Shown: positions 1 to 9,114, numbered from the stretch's first letter. The stretch: DNA of 64,000 nucleotides from Patescibacteria group bacterium (GCA_041658665.1 JBAZZR010000001.1:256576-320575); one strand, 5' to 3'. Numbers and translations: made by a program. Notes: generated by a model from the letters alone, not told the origin.

Positions 1-15
1 GATGAAATTATAAAT

Positions 16-921
16 ATGAGTATTAGAGAATTGGGAAACTATTTTAAAAATAGAAAAAGTAACAAAAATATTATTTTTGAACACCCCTTTAAAGTTAGTT
101 GGCTAATTGAAGAAAAATGTAATTTGGATTGTATTTATTGTATTGCACATAATAAAATGTATAAAGATTTGAAATTATGTGGTTTAGCTAATACCGCAGA
201 ACATATTATAAAATTAAAGATAATGAATGTCTGCATTTCGGGCGGAGAGCCATTCCTGAGCAGCGGTTTAAGCCAAATCATTTCTATGTTATCGAGAAAA
301 TGTGCGATAACTATAGATACAAATGGAACGATACGTATTTTAAAAGACAGGTTAGAAATCTTGAAAAAAGCAGATGTTCTTATCAGAATATCTGTTGATA
401 GCTTAAATAAAAATATTGTTAATAAAGTTAGACCTGCCAAGAATAAATACACAGGAAAATATTTGAGAAATATTATTGAAAATATAAAAATACTAACCGA
501 AAATAATATTGACGTAATGATACATACTGTAATTACTAATATAAATAAGGATGATTTGGCGATGTTGGGGGAGGAGTTGATAGAACTTGGAATTACGAGG
601 TGGCATTTATTTGAAGTTATCTGCTCGAGTAAATGCGAACCTATTTATAATGAAATCAAAGTGGCCTCGCCAGATTTAATTGAAATAAAAGAGCGGTTGT
701 TAAAAAGGTTTGGAGACAGAATGGATATTACTTTTGATTTTGATAAAATGAAATCAAATTCCAAAGTGGTTCTTCTAATAGATAATCAAGGAAGATTTTT
801 CTTAGATACATTTGTTGATGGAATTAAATTTATTGGTGAAATACCAGAGAAACCAAGTATTGAAGAAATCAATGAAAAATTAGATATCTTGGGGCATTGT
901 AATGAATATTTGTTGGGTTAA
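16..921 (+). CDS. radical SAM protein
   Basis: 301 aa ORF with canonical Cx3Cx2C cluster motif (CNLDCIYC) about 35 aa from the start and a GGEP-type SAM motif (ISGGEPFL). The frame is open to base 1, so the start could lie upstream of the window. Confidence 0.75.
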   Translation: MSIRELGNYFKNRKSNKNIIFEHPFKVSWLIEEKCNLDCIYCIAHNKMYKDLKLCGLANTAEHIIKLKIMNVCISGGEPFLSSGLSQIISMLSRKCAITIDTNGTIRILKDRLEILKKADVLIRISVDSLNKNIVNKVRPAKNKYTGKYLRNIIENIKILTENNIDVMIHTVITNINKDDLAMLGEELIELGITRWHLFEVICSSKCEPIYNEIKVASPDLIEIKERLLKRFGDRMDITFDFDKMKSNSKVVLLIDNQGRFFLDTFVDGIKFIGEIPEKPSIEEINEKLDILGHCNEYLLG

Positions 922-957
922 TTAACGAAAATGTGGATCTAGGTATAAATAAATTTT

Positions 958-2007
958 ATGAAGTTTAAAGATAAAAAAGGAAGCTTATTATGTGTTGCAA
1001 AACTTACTTTAAATTGTCCGGGTAATTGTAAATGTTGCGCTAATAGACAAGAATTGTTTAATGATAAAAGTAAGGGGGGTAGGTTAATGAGTCTAGAATT
1101 ATTTTTGAAAATTTGTAGGGAGCTAAGGGAATTAGGTGGGGGATATATTTCACTTAGCGGCGGAGAGCCAACCTTGTTGCCAAATATTGTTGAATATATT
1201 AAAATTGCGAAACAAAATCAATTGGTTGTCAGGATAAATACAAATGGGTGGGGAATTACTGAAGAATTTTTGACAAAATGGTTAGATGAAGGGCTTGATC
1301 AAATATGTTTATCCATTTACGGCCTAAGTTCCGAGGAGGTTGCTATTATGAGGGGAAATAAAGAAATTCAGACGAGAACTATGAATGCTTTAGATATACT
1401 TTCAAGGGTCAGACGTAAGAGACCATTCTTATTTATCATGCAAACAATTATAATGCGGACTAATTATACAATTATTCCAAAACTACTTAAGAAAGCTTTT
1501 GAAAGCAAATGTGACTTTTTTTGGCCATCGTATCTAGAAGATGCTTTTAACTTACCGGAACTTAGATTAGATGAAAGCGATGTGTCCGATTTTAAGGACA
1601 ATATTTCTCCTAAGATTATTCAAATAATAAAGAATAATGTAACGGACAAAAAGCAGTATAAAGAATTATGCGGGCAGGTGGACAAATATTTTAACAATTG
1701 TACATATTTAAACGGAGTTTATAGGGAGGGAGCTAATTTATCGTGTTCATTACTTGGACATTTTTTATTAATTTATCCTAATGGTTTAGTGGCCCCATGT
1801 CCAGGCCATGAATATTTTGTAAGTTGCAAGGAACTTTTATTCGAAGATAAAACACTCGGAGATATTCTTTTGTCGGACAAATTTAAAGATTTTTATTTAC
1901 ATCATAATCAGTATTGCTTTTATTGTCCGCGAGGGCTACACGTCGGACTTAAATTAAACCCTAATGAGATACATGAGCATATATCAGCTTCTGAATTGCG
2001 CTATTGA
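958..2007 (+). CDS. radical SAM protein with partial SPASM/twitch-like C-terminal Cys motif
   Basis: 349 aa ORF with CPGNCKCC (Cx3Cx2C) and LSGGEPTL. The C-terminus has Cx13Gx4C (CSLLGHFLLIYPNGLVAPC) and a CFYC pair. Confidence 0.75.
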   Translation: MKFKDKKGSLLCVAKLTLNCPGNCKCCANRQELFNDKSKGGRLMSLELFLKICRELRELGGGYISLSGGEPTLLPNIVEYIKIAKQNQLVVRINTNGWGITEEFLTKWLDEGLDQICLSIYGLSSEEVAIMRGNKEIQTRTMNALDILSRVRRKRPFLFIMQTIIMRTNYTIIPKLLKKAFESKCDFFWPSYLEDAFNLPELRLDESDVSDFKDNISPKIIQIIKNNVTDKKQYKELCGQVDKYFNNCTYLNGVYREGANLSCSLLGHFLLIYPNGLVAPCPGHEYFVSCKELLFEDKTLGDILLSDKFKDFYLHHNQYCFYCPRGLHVGLKLNPNEIHEHISASELRY

Positions 2008-2037
2008 GCATATAAGTGGTCAAAGTTATCCGTGGTT

Positions 2038-2066
2038 AAAAAAGCTCAGCTAACGCTGGGCTTTTA
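2038..2066. terminator. bidirectional rho-independent terminator between convergent genes
   Basis: AAAAAAGCTCAGC-TAAC-GCTGGGCTTTT: an 8 bp stem with one G-U pair, an A-run on one side and a T-run on the other. Confidence 0.5.
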
Positions 2067-2117
2067 ATAAATGTGATTTGTTGATTTTCGCCACCCACCA
2101 TATAATGATTTTTATAT

Positions 2118-3251
2118 TCAAAGTTCAAAATTACTATTAAGCGATGATGCCAAGATATCTGCCCCATTACAAAACCCCGTATTAATTTTGAATGAATTAA
2201 TATTTGACTTAAATTTTTCTAGATTTGAAATATATTTTTTTATTGATTCGACAGTTAATAATTTTACACTCTTTCCCATACCATAACTTTCCCAAACCCA
2301 TGCATTATATTGTTGTTCATATGTATCAAATGGCAAAACAAGCACCGGTTTATCAAGTAGTATAGCCTCGCTTAGAAGTTGGTGTCCAGCTGTTGATATT
2401 ATTGCATTGCAGTCGAGTAATTTTTTCAAAAATAGTTGTCTATCAAAATTAAATATATGTACATTTTTACATTGCTCAACATTTATAGAATTGGCGTCGT
2501 AACAGAATAAATTAAAATTATATTCATTTATGCTACTTAGTATTTTCATTATATCTTTTATATTTTGTCTAAATAGACCATAAGGCGATAAATAAACTAA
2601 AATGTTATTTTCTTTCGGGAGTATATTCAATTCTTTTGCTTTCATTATGTCGTTTGCAAGAAGCGGGGGAGTCAAATCAACTTGATATCTTTCGTCAATT
2701 TGATCGGTTATCGGGAAAAAAGAGGACGAATATCGTTTGCTGGCTATCGGAAAAAATAATTTCAAGCGGGCAACTTCCTCATTCCTGGTAAAGTTTCCTA
2801 TGTCTTGTGTCTTGTACCCCAAAAATTTACTTTGTTGCTCAAAACAAATTAAAGGTTTGTCCAAAATATAAGCAAATTGGGCACATGTAGGCTCATAATC
2901 CGTCAAGACTATATCTGGCTCTCCACCTAAAATTGTTAAAGCTTTATCCATTGCAAGAAAATTATTCATTACAAAAGAATTTGATCTATTAATTTGATTT
3001 TTACCAGTCTTTAGGAAATCAATGCCGTTCCTGTCGCAATGTATCCAGGGAACCGACACATTGATTGACGGAATATTTGGAAAATTTTTTTTAAAAAAAT
3101 TGCTGCTTATATTTGTGATAAATGTAATAATTGTATGATTATTTTTTAGCAAATAATCGAGTATGACTTTCTGTCTTATGCTATGTCCATGTCCGATTCC
3201 GCAAATTCCTACTAATATCTTTTTTTTATTATGTTTTGTCATATCCTTCAC
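2118..3251 (-). CDS. GT-B fold glycosyltransferase (MurG/MJ1255-like)
   Basis: 377 aa ORF. The N-terminal ILVGICGIGHGHSIRQ motif is typical of the GxGHxxR glycosyltransferase family. Strong SD (AAGAGGTGAAGG) upstream of the ATG. Confidence 0.6.
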   Translation of the reverse strand: MKDMTKHNKKKILVGICGIGHGHSIRQKVILDYLLKNNHTIITFITNISSNFFKKNFPNIPSINVSVPWIHCDRNGIDFLKTGKNQINRSNSFVMNNFLAMDKALTILGGEPDIVLTDYEPTCAQFAYILDKPLICFEQQSKFLGYKTQDIGNFTRNEEVARLKLFFPIASKRYSSSFFPITDQIDERYQVDLTPPLLANDIMKAKELNILPKENNILVYLSPYGLFRQNIKDIMKILSSINEYNFNLFCYDANSINVEQCKNVHIFNFDRQLFLKKLLDCNAIISTAGHQLLSEAILLDKPVLVLPFDTYEQQYNAWVWESYGMGKSVKLLTVESIKKYISNLEKFKSNINSFKINTGFCNGADILASSLNSNFEL

Positions 3252-3400
3252 CTCTTAAATTAAATTTATATTAAAGCTATCAATAAATTGGTTCAGTAAT
3301 TTAGCTCTTTAGGTTTTGGTCTATTTATATATGCTACAAAATAACATAAAAAGTAGTTAAAGTCAAAGAAATCGCAGGTGAGCTCAACAAGTAAGTGCAA

Positions 3401-3419
3401 CACTAGTATGATACTAGTG
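3401..3419. promoter_or_regulatory. perfect 19 bp palindrome upstream of the glycosyltransferase promoter
   Basis: CACTAGTAT-G-ATACTAGTG read directly. It lies in the 3252-3567 intergenic region. Confidence 0.3.
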
Positions 3420-3464
3420 AGCGAACGAGCCATTAAGTGTCGATATAATAAGCCGAAGATTAAG

Positions 3465-3522
3465 AAAAAATAAAAAACCCTATGCCTGTTAATCTTATAA
3501 AAAGATAAATCAAGGCATAGGG
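3465..3522 (-). terminator. rho-independent terminator of the 3568-5010 gene
   Basis: A 10 bp stem CCCTATGCCT/AGGCATAGGG (3478-3487 / 3513-3522), followed on the minus strand by a long T-run. Confidence 0.6.
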
Positions 3523-3567
3523 AAAAGTGATTGAGAAAGTGATCGGCTGATTTTTTAAAGAAAAAAA

Positions 3568-5010
3568 TCATTTGCAGATCACCATTTTTTGAACCAAGGT
3601 GGAATGATCGGAAGAAAGTTTATATAAATAAACTCCACTTGGTAAATTGCCGGCGTTAAATTTAAATGAATGTGTGCCGGCTTGAATGAACTCGTCTATT
3701 AAAGTCGCAATCTCTCTCCCGATAATATCGTAGACTTTAAGAGACGTGTGGCCTGACTTTGACAAAGAGAAGTTAATTGTCGTCGTCGGATTAAACGGAT
3801 TAGGATAGTTTTGCGAGAGGGAGAAATTGTTCGGCGGAACTGGCGAGGGGTTATCATCGATGCCAGTTATTCCGTCAATTTCATATTTCCAGATTTTGTT
3901 GCCACCAACGCTAGTATAACCACCTAAAATAAGGTAATTTTCCTTATCCCAAGCAACCGCTCGGAATGATCCTATGTTCGGATCTGGTACTTTGTTTTTC
4001 CAGATAATTTGGCCGCTATCGTTGAAAGCGATAGCAACAGGATTCAAGCTATTACAATCATATTCTGGACTCGTCATATCCTGGTCGGGTCGTGTCGACG
4101 CCCCAACTACGATACATCCGCCAGTTGGCAGATTAATAATATCTCTCACACTCATCGTTACTAAGTTGTTGGGGGGGTAATCTCCGTTCCAGTCAACTGA
4201 CCAGATTTGATTTCCCTCTAGATCGAATTTTCGGATATTCCAGGTCATTCCCGGAAAATCTAGATGAAGTTGTATCGCGGCATAATAAACATAGCCGCCG
4301 CTTAAACAAACTTGATCGCTGTGTTGATCAGGGAAATGAGTCGACCAGACTACGTTGCCTAGTAGATCATATTTTACTAGGTCCGATGAAACATTACTAA
4401 TTTCTCCGCCGCCATAATCATTAGCCGCGACATAGAGAAAATTATCATCAACCGCCCAGACATTTCCTCCTGAAAATTTAACCGGAAAGGATCTGATTAA
4501 GTTGAAATTCATGTCGTACATAAATACGGTTGAATTTCCCGAGTGATCCTGAAAACTAATTCTGTCTCCAATAAAATAGAAATCATTATTCTTGGTAATG
4601 TTTAGTCCGCCAGTGAAATTAGTCGGCACCGTGATTTGTCTAACGACTTCTCCTTGGGAATCATATTGAGATACGATATTTTTAATAGCCATTAAAAATC
4701 CGCTCCCGTTATTAACAGCCACGGCGTTACGAGGGGTCATTGTGTAGAGCGATGAGTCAGCCGAATTTTTGACCCATTTTTTTACACCATCGTTTTGAAA
4801 GACGGTGATAGTTTTTTGGTTATTTTCACTGGAGTTGTCGGTAACTGCTACGTAATTGTTACCGTCAATAACCATCGAAAGCAATTGTTTTGGGGCTGAG
4901 TCAATTGACGTCTCCCAAACCTTCACGGGCATACCCTGAGCTAGGGTTTCCGGAATTACGAGAAAGAGCAGGCTGACTGCTATGACGAAAGAGATAAGTA
5001 TTCGTTTCAT
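3568..5010 (-). CDS. secreted repeat (beta-propeller-like) protein with T9SS-type C-terminal sorting domain
   Basis: 480 aa ORF with N-terminal signal peptide (MKRILISFVIAVSLLFLVIPETLAQG). The C-terminal approx 80 aa (QNYPNPFNPTTTINFSL...VYDIIGREIATL...SGVYLYKL) match the Por/T9SS type A sorting domain pattern. Confidence 0.7.
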   Translation of the reverse strand: MKRILISFVIAVSLLFLVIPETLAQGMPVKVWETSIDSAPKQLLSMVIDGNNYVAVTDNSSENNQKTITVFQNDGVKKWVKNSADSSLYTMTPRNAVAVNNGSGFLMAIKNIVSQYDSQGEVVRQITVPTNFTGGLNITKNNDFYFIGDRISFQDHSGNSTVFMYDMNFNLIRSFPVKFSGGNVWAVDDNFLYVAANDYGGGEISNVSSDLVKYDLLGNVVWSTHFPDQHSDQVCLSGGYVYYAAIQLHLDFPGMTWNIRKFDLEGNQIWSVDWNGDYPPNNLVTMSVRDIINLPTGGCIVVGASTRPDQDMTSPEYDCNSLNPVAIAFNDSGQIIWKNKVPDPNIGSFRAVAWDKENYLILGGYTSVGGNKIWKYEIDGITGIDDNPSPVPPNNFSLSQNYPNPFNPTTTINFSLSKSGHTSLKVYDIIGREIATLIDEFIQAGTHSFKFNAGNLPSGVYLYKLSSDHSTLVQKMVICK

Positions 5011-5202
5011 TTTGGACTCCGTTTATTGTTTTTTATTTTTAAAGTTCGTTTTCTATTGAGTTGATTATACCATATATACTGGTCATTTGTCAATGGTAGG
5101 CTAATATTAGTAATTATTTATTGACTTTAATTGTCTAAAAATTAAATTAGTTATATAATGTTAATAAGAAAAATATTAATTTTTAAATTAAAATTAAATA
5201 AT

Positions 5203-6735
5203 ATGACCGCTAAAAACAAGGTCTATCTAAGCGCTTTAGGAATCGCTCTTATTCTTACTTTATTTTATTTAATTCTCTATTTAATTATTCCTGGTTTTTA
5301 TCCGCCGAATGCGGCTAAAAAAGGAGAGGATATTTTAAATATTCCTTTGTCTCCTCTAGCGACTAGTTCGCCGGCGACTTCTACTAAAGAAGTTTATACT
5401 AATAAAAGAGGAGATAAATGGACTCTCGACGATAACGCTAAGTTTAGTGTCTCTAGTGCTAACGGCGCTAAGATTAAATTTTTAGAAGGTCAAATAACTC
5501 CGCTTAAGGTTCATCCCGGTGATACTCAGAAAATGCGTATCGTTGTTCAAGGCGTTAACGGGATAACCGGCGTAAAAGCGGAAATTGAAACAGACAACGG
5601 AACGACGACTGTCGCTTTGAAAAAAACCGGTGTTTTAGCGGTTCGCGATCTCGATTTTCGTTTATTTCAGTATCAGGTGAATGATAGTAACCAATTAGTT
5701 GTTCTTTCTCCGCTAAACGCGTTAACTAGTCGGGAACAAGAAATTGCCAAAGAAACTCGGTCAGAGACTATTAGTTCGGCCGCGGCCGCCAGCGGCGAAA
5801 GAGAAGTTTATGAGGCCTCTTGGCTCGTTAAAGATACGAGTGTCCGCGACTATATTACGATTTTTACCGCGACTGATAGTCAGGGGAATAAAGAAAAAAT
5901 AACTCTTGCCTGGAGTGACCCGTGTCGAACCTCAGCGGGGGGCACTTCTTACTGGCCTTTAAATGGCGGTGGCGCAACTACGACGGATATGGGTGAGGCC
6001 TGTTCTATCGCTAGCGTTTATGGTATTGATAACGGTAATTTAAGTTTAAAAGATGGTTCAGATATAACTATTAGCTCTGGCGGCCAATTAGTCTTTAATC
6101 CTGACCGGTTTATTACCATACAACCTAATACGAATGCCCATATTTATTTAACCGGTAGCGGCAGTATGGCGGCCAGTTATCTTTGGGCGGTTGATGGCGA
6201 TGGTGATCATTATGCGCCTAATGATACGAGATTAGCTTACTCTGACCCTAGCAATCCTCCGAATGTCGGTTATGTCCGACAAATGTCTTTGGCAGCCTCT
6301 ACTACTGATTGTTATGACAGTAATGCCAATGCTAAGCCTGGACAAACAGCATATTTTTTAACTCAGAGAGGCGATGGATCATTTGATTATGACTGTAACG
6401 GTGCTCTTGGCTATAGCACATCAACTTCCGCTACTAGCGCTGTGCATTATACTTGCCTTGGTACGGAAACATATTGTAATGATGTATCAGGGAAACGGTT
6501 ATATATTTATGATGCTGAATTAAGTCTTGAGAAAGTCAATCAGTTTGGCGGTGCGGGTAGTTGTTTTGATACTCCCGGCGGGAATCCTCCCGCCGCTTTT
6601 CCGGCTTGTGGCTCCATACATGTCGGTGGAACATATTTTAGCGGTGAATCTTGTGTTTTTTTCGATGGTATAGAGGACTTTAAAAGAGGCGATATCACTC
6701 CAAGCTACTTTTATGAGGACGTGTATTGCAAATAA
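5203..6735 (+). CDS. membrane-anchored or secreted Cys-rich protein
   Basis: The ORF track starts at 5158, but that ATG sits inside a TATAAT box. M16 (MTAKNKVYLSALGIALILTLF...) precedes a TM/signal segment. The C-terminal half has DCYDSNANAKPGQ...DYDCNG, resembling MopE-type Cys-rich metal-binding repeats. Confidence 0.55.
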   Translation: MTAKNKVYLSALGIALILTLFYLILYLIIPGFYPPNAAKKGEDILNIPLSPLATSSPATSTKEVYTNKRGDKWTLDDNAKFSVSSANGAKIKFLEGQITPLKVHPGDTQKMRIVVQGVNGITGVKAEIETDNGTTTVALKKTGVLAVRDLDFRLFQYQVNDSNQLVVLSPLNALTSREQEIAKETRSETISSAAAASGEREVYEASWLVKDTSVRDYITIFTATDSQGNKEKITLAWSDPCRTSAGGTSYWPLNGGGATTTDMGEACSIASVYGIDNGNLSLKDGSDITISSGGQLVFNPDRFITIQPNTNAHIYLTGSGSMAASYLWAVDGDGDHYAPNDTRLAYSDPSNPPNVGYVRQMSLAASTTDCYDSNANAKPGQTAYFLTQRGDGSFDYDCNGALGYSTSTSATSAVHYTCLGTETYCNDVSGKRLYIYDAELSLEKVNQFGGAGSCFDTPGGNPPAAFPACGSIHVGGTYFSGESCVFFDGIEDFKRGDITPSYFYEDVYCK

Positions 6736-6922
6736 TTAAGGTTTGATATATCTTTCTAAAACAAAAAACCGCTTCGAATTAATTTTTCTAGCAGTTTTTT
6801 TTAATATTCTTATCCCTCTTTTATTCTTGACCCTCTTTTTTAAAATTGCTATAATTATATTAGTTTAATTTAGTCTGAAAGAAGATGAGTTTTTCTCTTC
6901 TTCTGTAAGAATTTATCTATTT

Positions 6923-7129
6923 ATGAAAAAAACATTAATCGGTCCTATTCTGACCGTTATTGCCTTGGTTTTAGTCCTCGGCATCTTTATTTATTTTTAC
7001 GTTTCTTTGAATCGCCTCGAGAAGAAATCCATAGATTTACAGAACGCTATCGTGACCGACTCCGGTCAGATTACCGCTATCGTTAATTTCTTGAATACCA
7101 ACGCTAATGCCCAGACTAATAAAAAATAA
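6923..7129 (+). CDS. small single-pass membrane protein
   Basis: 68 aa with an N-terminal TM helix (LIGPILTVIALVLVLGIFIYFYV). TTGACC-17-TATAAT promoter at about 6828-6856. Paralogue of the next ORF. Confidence 0.5.
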   Translation: MKKTLIGPILTVIALVLVLGIFIYFYVSLNRLEKKSIDLQNAIVTDSGQITAIVNFLNTNANAQTNKK

Positions 7130-7184
7130 TATAATCAATCCGGTAAGGACAATTAAGCCTCGCCGCGAATTAAATAATAATACT

Positions 7185-7415
7185 ATGAAAAGAGAATTTG
7201 TTTTTCCTTTAATTGTCGGAGTTATCCTAGGCGCTTTAGTGATGATTTTCTGGCAATTTAACAGCCGTTTGAATAACGTGATGGCGGGTATGAGCCAAAT
7301 CGAACAAGCCACTATTCAAAACACTAAGACCGTTGGCGACGTTGTTACCTTTATTAATAACGCGACTGGTCAGAATGGCGCTAAAGCCGCTCCGGCCGCT
7401 ACTCCCGCTAAATAG
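7185..7415 (+). CDS. small single-pass membrane protein (paralogue of 6923-7129)
   Basis: Internal Met of track ORF 7107-7415 (MKREFVFPLIVGVILGALVMIFWQF). Same TM + NxRL...(V/T)(N/F)F(L/I)NN layout as the upstream ORF. Confidence 0.5.
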   Translation: MKREFVFPLIVGVILGALVMIFWQFNSRLNNVMAGMSQIEQATIQNTKTVGDVVTFINNATGQNGAKAAPAATPAK

Positions 7416-7439
7416 TTTATCCTACTAGTCTAACTCTTT

Positions 7440-7468
7440 AAAACCCTCGCCGTTCGGCGGGGGTTTTA
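7440..7468 (+). terminator. rho-independent terminator
   Basis: AAACCCTCGCC-GTTC-GGCGGGGGTTTT. Confidence 0.7.
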
Positions 7469-7517
7469 GTTATGGCTAGGCTCTTAGCGCCACAGTATTA
7501 GATATAACCTGTTATAA

Positions 7518-7546
7518 TTGACAGTTAGAGGTAATATTGGTAAAGT
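7518..7546 (+). promoter_or_regulatory. sigma70-type promoter of hisS
   Basis: TTGACA, 17 nt spacer ending in TGG, then TAAAGT. Confidence 0.5.
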
Positions 7547-7656
7547 ATTTCGAAGGTCTTTGTTATTAAAATGGCAAAGGCTTAAAGGTCTTTAACATTA
7601 GAATAACTTAAACTAAGGAATATAATAAGTAAATAATTACCTAAATAATCACAATC

Positions 7657-7671
7657 AAGACCGGAGGTCTT
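7657..7671 (+). promoter_or_regulatory. hairpin enclosing the hisS Shine-Dalgarno sequence
   Basis: AAGACC-GGA-GGTCTT immediately before the ATG at 7672. The GGAGG SD lies in the loop and 3' arm. Confidence 0.4.
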
Positions 7672-9114
7672 ATGGAAAAGAAAAAATTAATTAAACCGGA
7701 AAGCCCAGCAGGTTTTCTGGATTTTTTAACCCCTGATTTTCTGGCTCGCGAAAGCGCCTTGAAAATCATAAACCAAGTATTCCGTTCCTACGGATACGAT
7801 CAAATCGAAGGACCAGTCGCGGAGTTTCTGGATGTCCTCACCGGAGAAGATGAAACTTCTAAGAATATTTTTCTCCTTCGTGATAACGGAAGAACGTCTG
7901 CCGAACAACCAATGGCGCTTCGTTTCGATCACACGGTTCAAACCGCCCGTATTTTAGCCGCCAATCCTTATAATCCAAAAACTAAAACCGGGATTAAACT
8001 GCCCTGGCGTCGCATGGTTGTCGGACCATCTTTTAGAACGGATACCCCGCAAAATGGTCGTTATCGTCAGTTCTATCAGTTTGATATTGACATCCTGGGA
8101 ACAAGTTCGATGTTGGCAGATGCCGAAGTAGTTTCTATTATTAATGAAACGTTCAGAGCTCTTGGTATTACTAGTTTTCTGATTAAGATTAATAATCGGA
8201 AAATTCTTAATGGTTTAGGGGAACTTATCGGGTTACAATCTAGACCTAAAGTCGCCTTAGAAAATATTCTGAGAGCTATCTTTAGGATTTTAGATAAGCT
8301 GGATAAGATAGGCTTGGACGGCGTAGAGAGGGAATTATTAGAAGCGCCAGAAAATGAATATGATCCGAGGCCGAATTTGTCTCCGTTCGCGGTAGAAAAG
8401 ATTAAAGAGCTCATTTCTATCTCCGGCGGTAATTTAGAAAGACTAGCCACTGCTAAGAAAATCTTTAAAGGTATTAAAACGGCCGAAGAAGGTTTGGCGG
8501 AGCTAGAAGATATTATTCGGCTTTGTCCTGGTATCTCGGAAGTGATTAAAGTTGATTTCACTGTCGTTAGAGGGCTCGATTATTATACCGGTCCGGTTAT
8601 GGAAACCTCTCTTTTAGACGCTCCGGAATTTGGCAGTGTTTTCTCCGGTGGTCGCTATGATAATCTAATGGAAAGATTCACCGGACAGGCGATGCCGGCG
8701 GTTGGTGCTTCCATCGGTGTTGATCGTTTATTTGCTGCTTTAAAGCATTTAGGTATTATCAAAACCGATAGACAGTCAGCCACGGAAGTCGTCGTCCTTA
8801 ATATTGATGAATCGTTAACGCCTCTTTATTTACAGGTGGCCAAAGAAATACGAGAGTGGGGATTTAATGTGGAGGTTTGTCTTTTAGAAGATAAAACATT
8901 CAAATCGCAATTTAATTTCGCTCTAAATCGGGGAGCAGATTTCTTGATAATTCTGGGCGCTGATGAAGCGGCCCGGGGAGTTGTCAAACTAAAAAATTTG
9001 TCTTCCCGTGAGCAATTAGAATTGTCTCCGGTGGGGTTATATCATTATTTCCAAAAATTAGTAATAACTGAATTAGCAAAAAAACTGACTGAAGGAGTCA
9101 AACATGAAAACTGA
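7672..9114 (+). CDS. hisS: histidyl-tRNA synthetase
   Basis: 480 aa. Class II motif 2 is FRTDTPQNGRYRQFYQFDIDILG and motif 3 region is SGGRYDNL...AVGASIGVDRL. A C-terminal anticodon-binding domain is present. LRFDHTVQTAR resembles the eukaryote/archaeal-like HisRS subtype rather than LRPEGTA. Confidence 0.9.
   Translation: MEKKKLIKPESPAGFLDFLTPDFLARESALKIINQVFRSYGYDQIEGPVAEFLDVLTGEDETSKNIFLLRDNGRTSAEQPMALRFDHTVQTARILAANPYNPKTKTGIKLPWRRMVVGPSFRTDTPQNGRYRQFYQFDIDILGTSSMLADAEVVSIINETFRALGITSFLIKINNRKILNGLGELIGLQSRPKVALENILRAIFRILDKLDKIGLDGVERELLEAPENEYDPRPNLSPFAVEKIKELISISGGNLERLATAKKIFKGIKTAEEGLAELEDIIRLCPGISEVIKVDFTVVRGLDYYTGPVMETSLLDAPEFGSVFSGGRYDNLMERFTGQAMPAVGASIGVDRLFAALKHLGIIKTDRQSATEVVVLNIDESLTPLYLQVAKEIREWGFNVEVCLLEDKTFKSQFNFALNRGADFLIILGADEAARGVVKLKNLSSREQLELSPVGLYHYFQKLVITELAKKLTEGVKHEN

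Noticed and set aside
3293-3571. Track ORF of 92 aa on the minus strand.
   Set aside because: It occupies an intergenic region that already holds the terminator of the 3568-5010 gene and the promoter and SD of the glycosyltransferase. The translation is low-complexity and hydrophobic, with no start context.
7547-7671. Possible T-box riboswitch upstream of hisS.
   Set aside because: The leader is only about 125 nt. It lacks the conserved T-box 14-mer (AAnnnGGGTGGtACCgCG-like), AG-bulge/GNUGGNA features and a terminator/antiterminator pair. It is reported only as a repeated-heptamer/SD hairpin observation.
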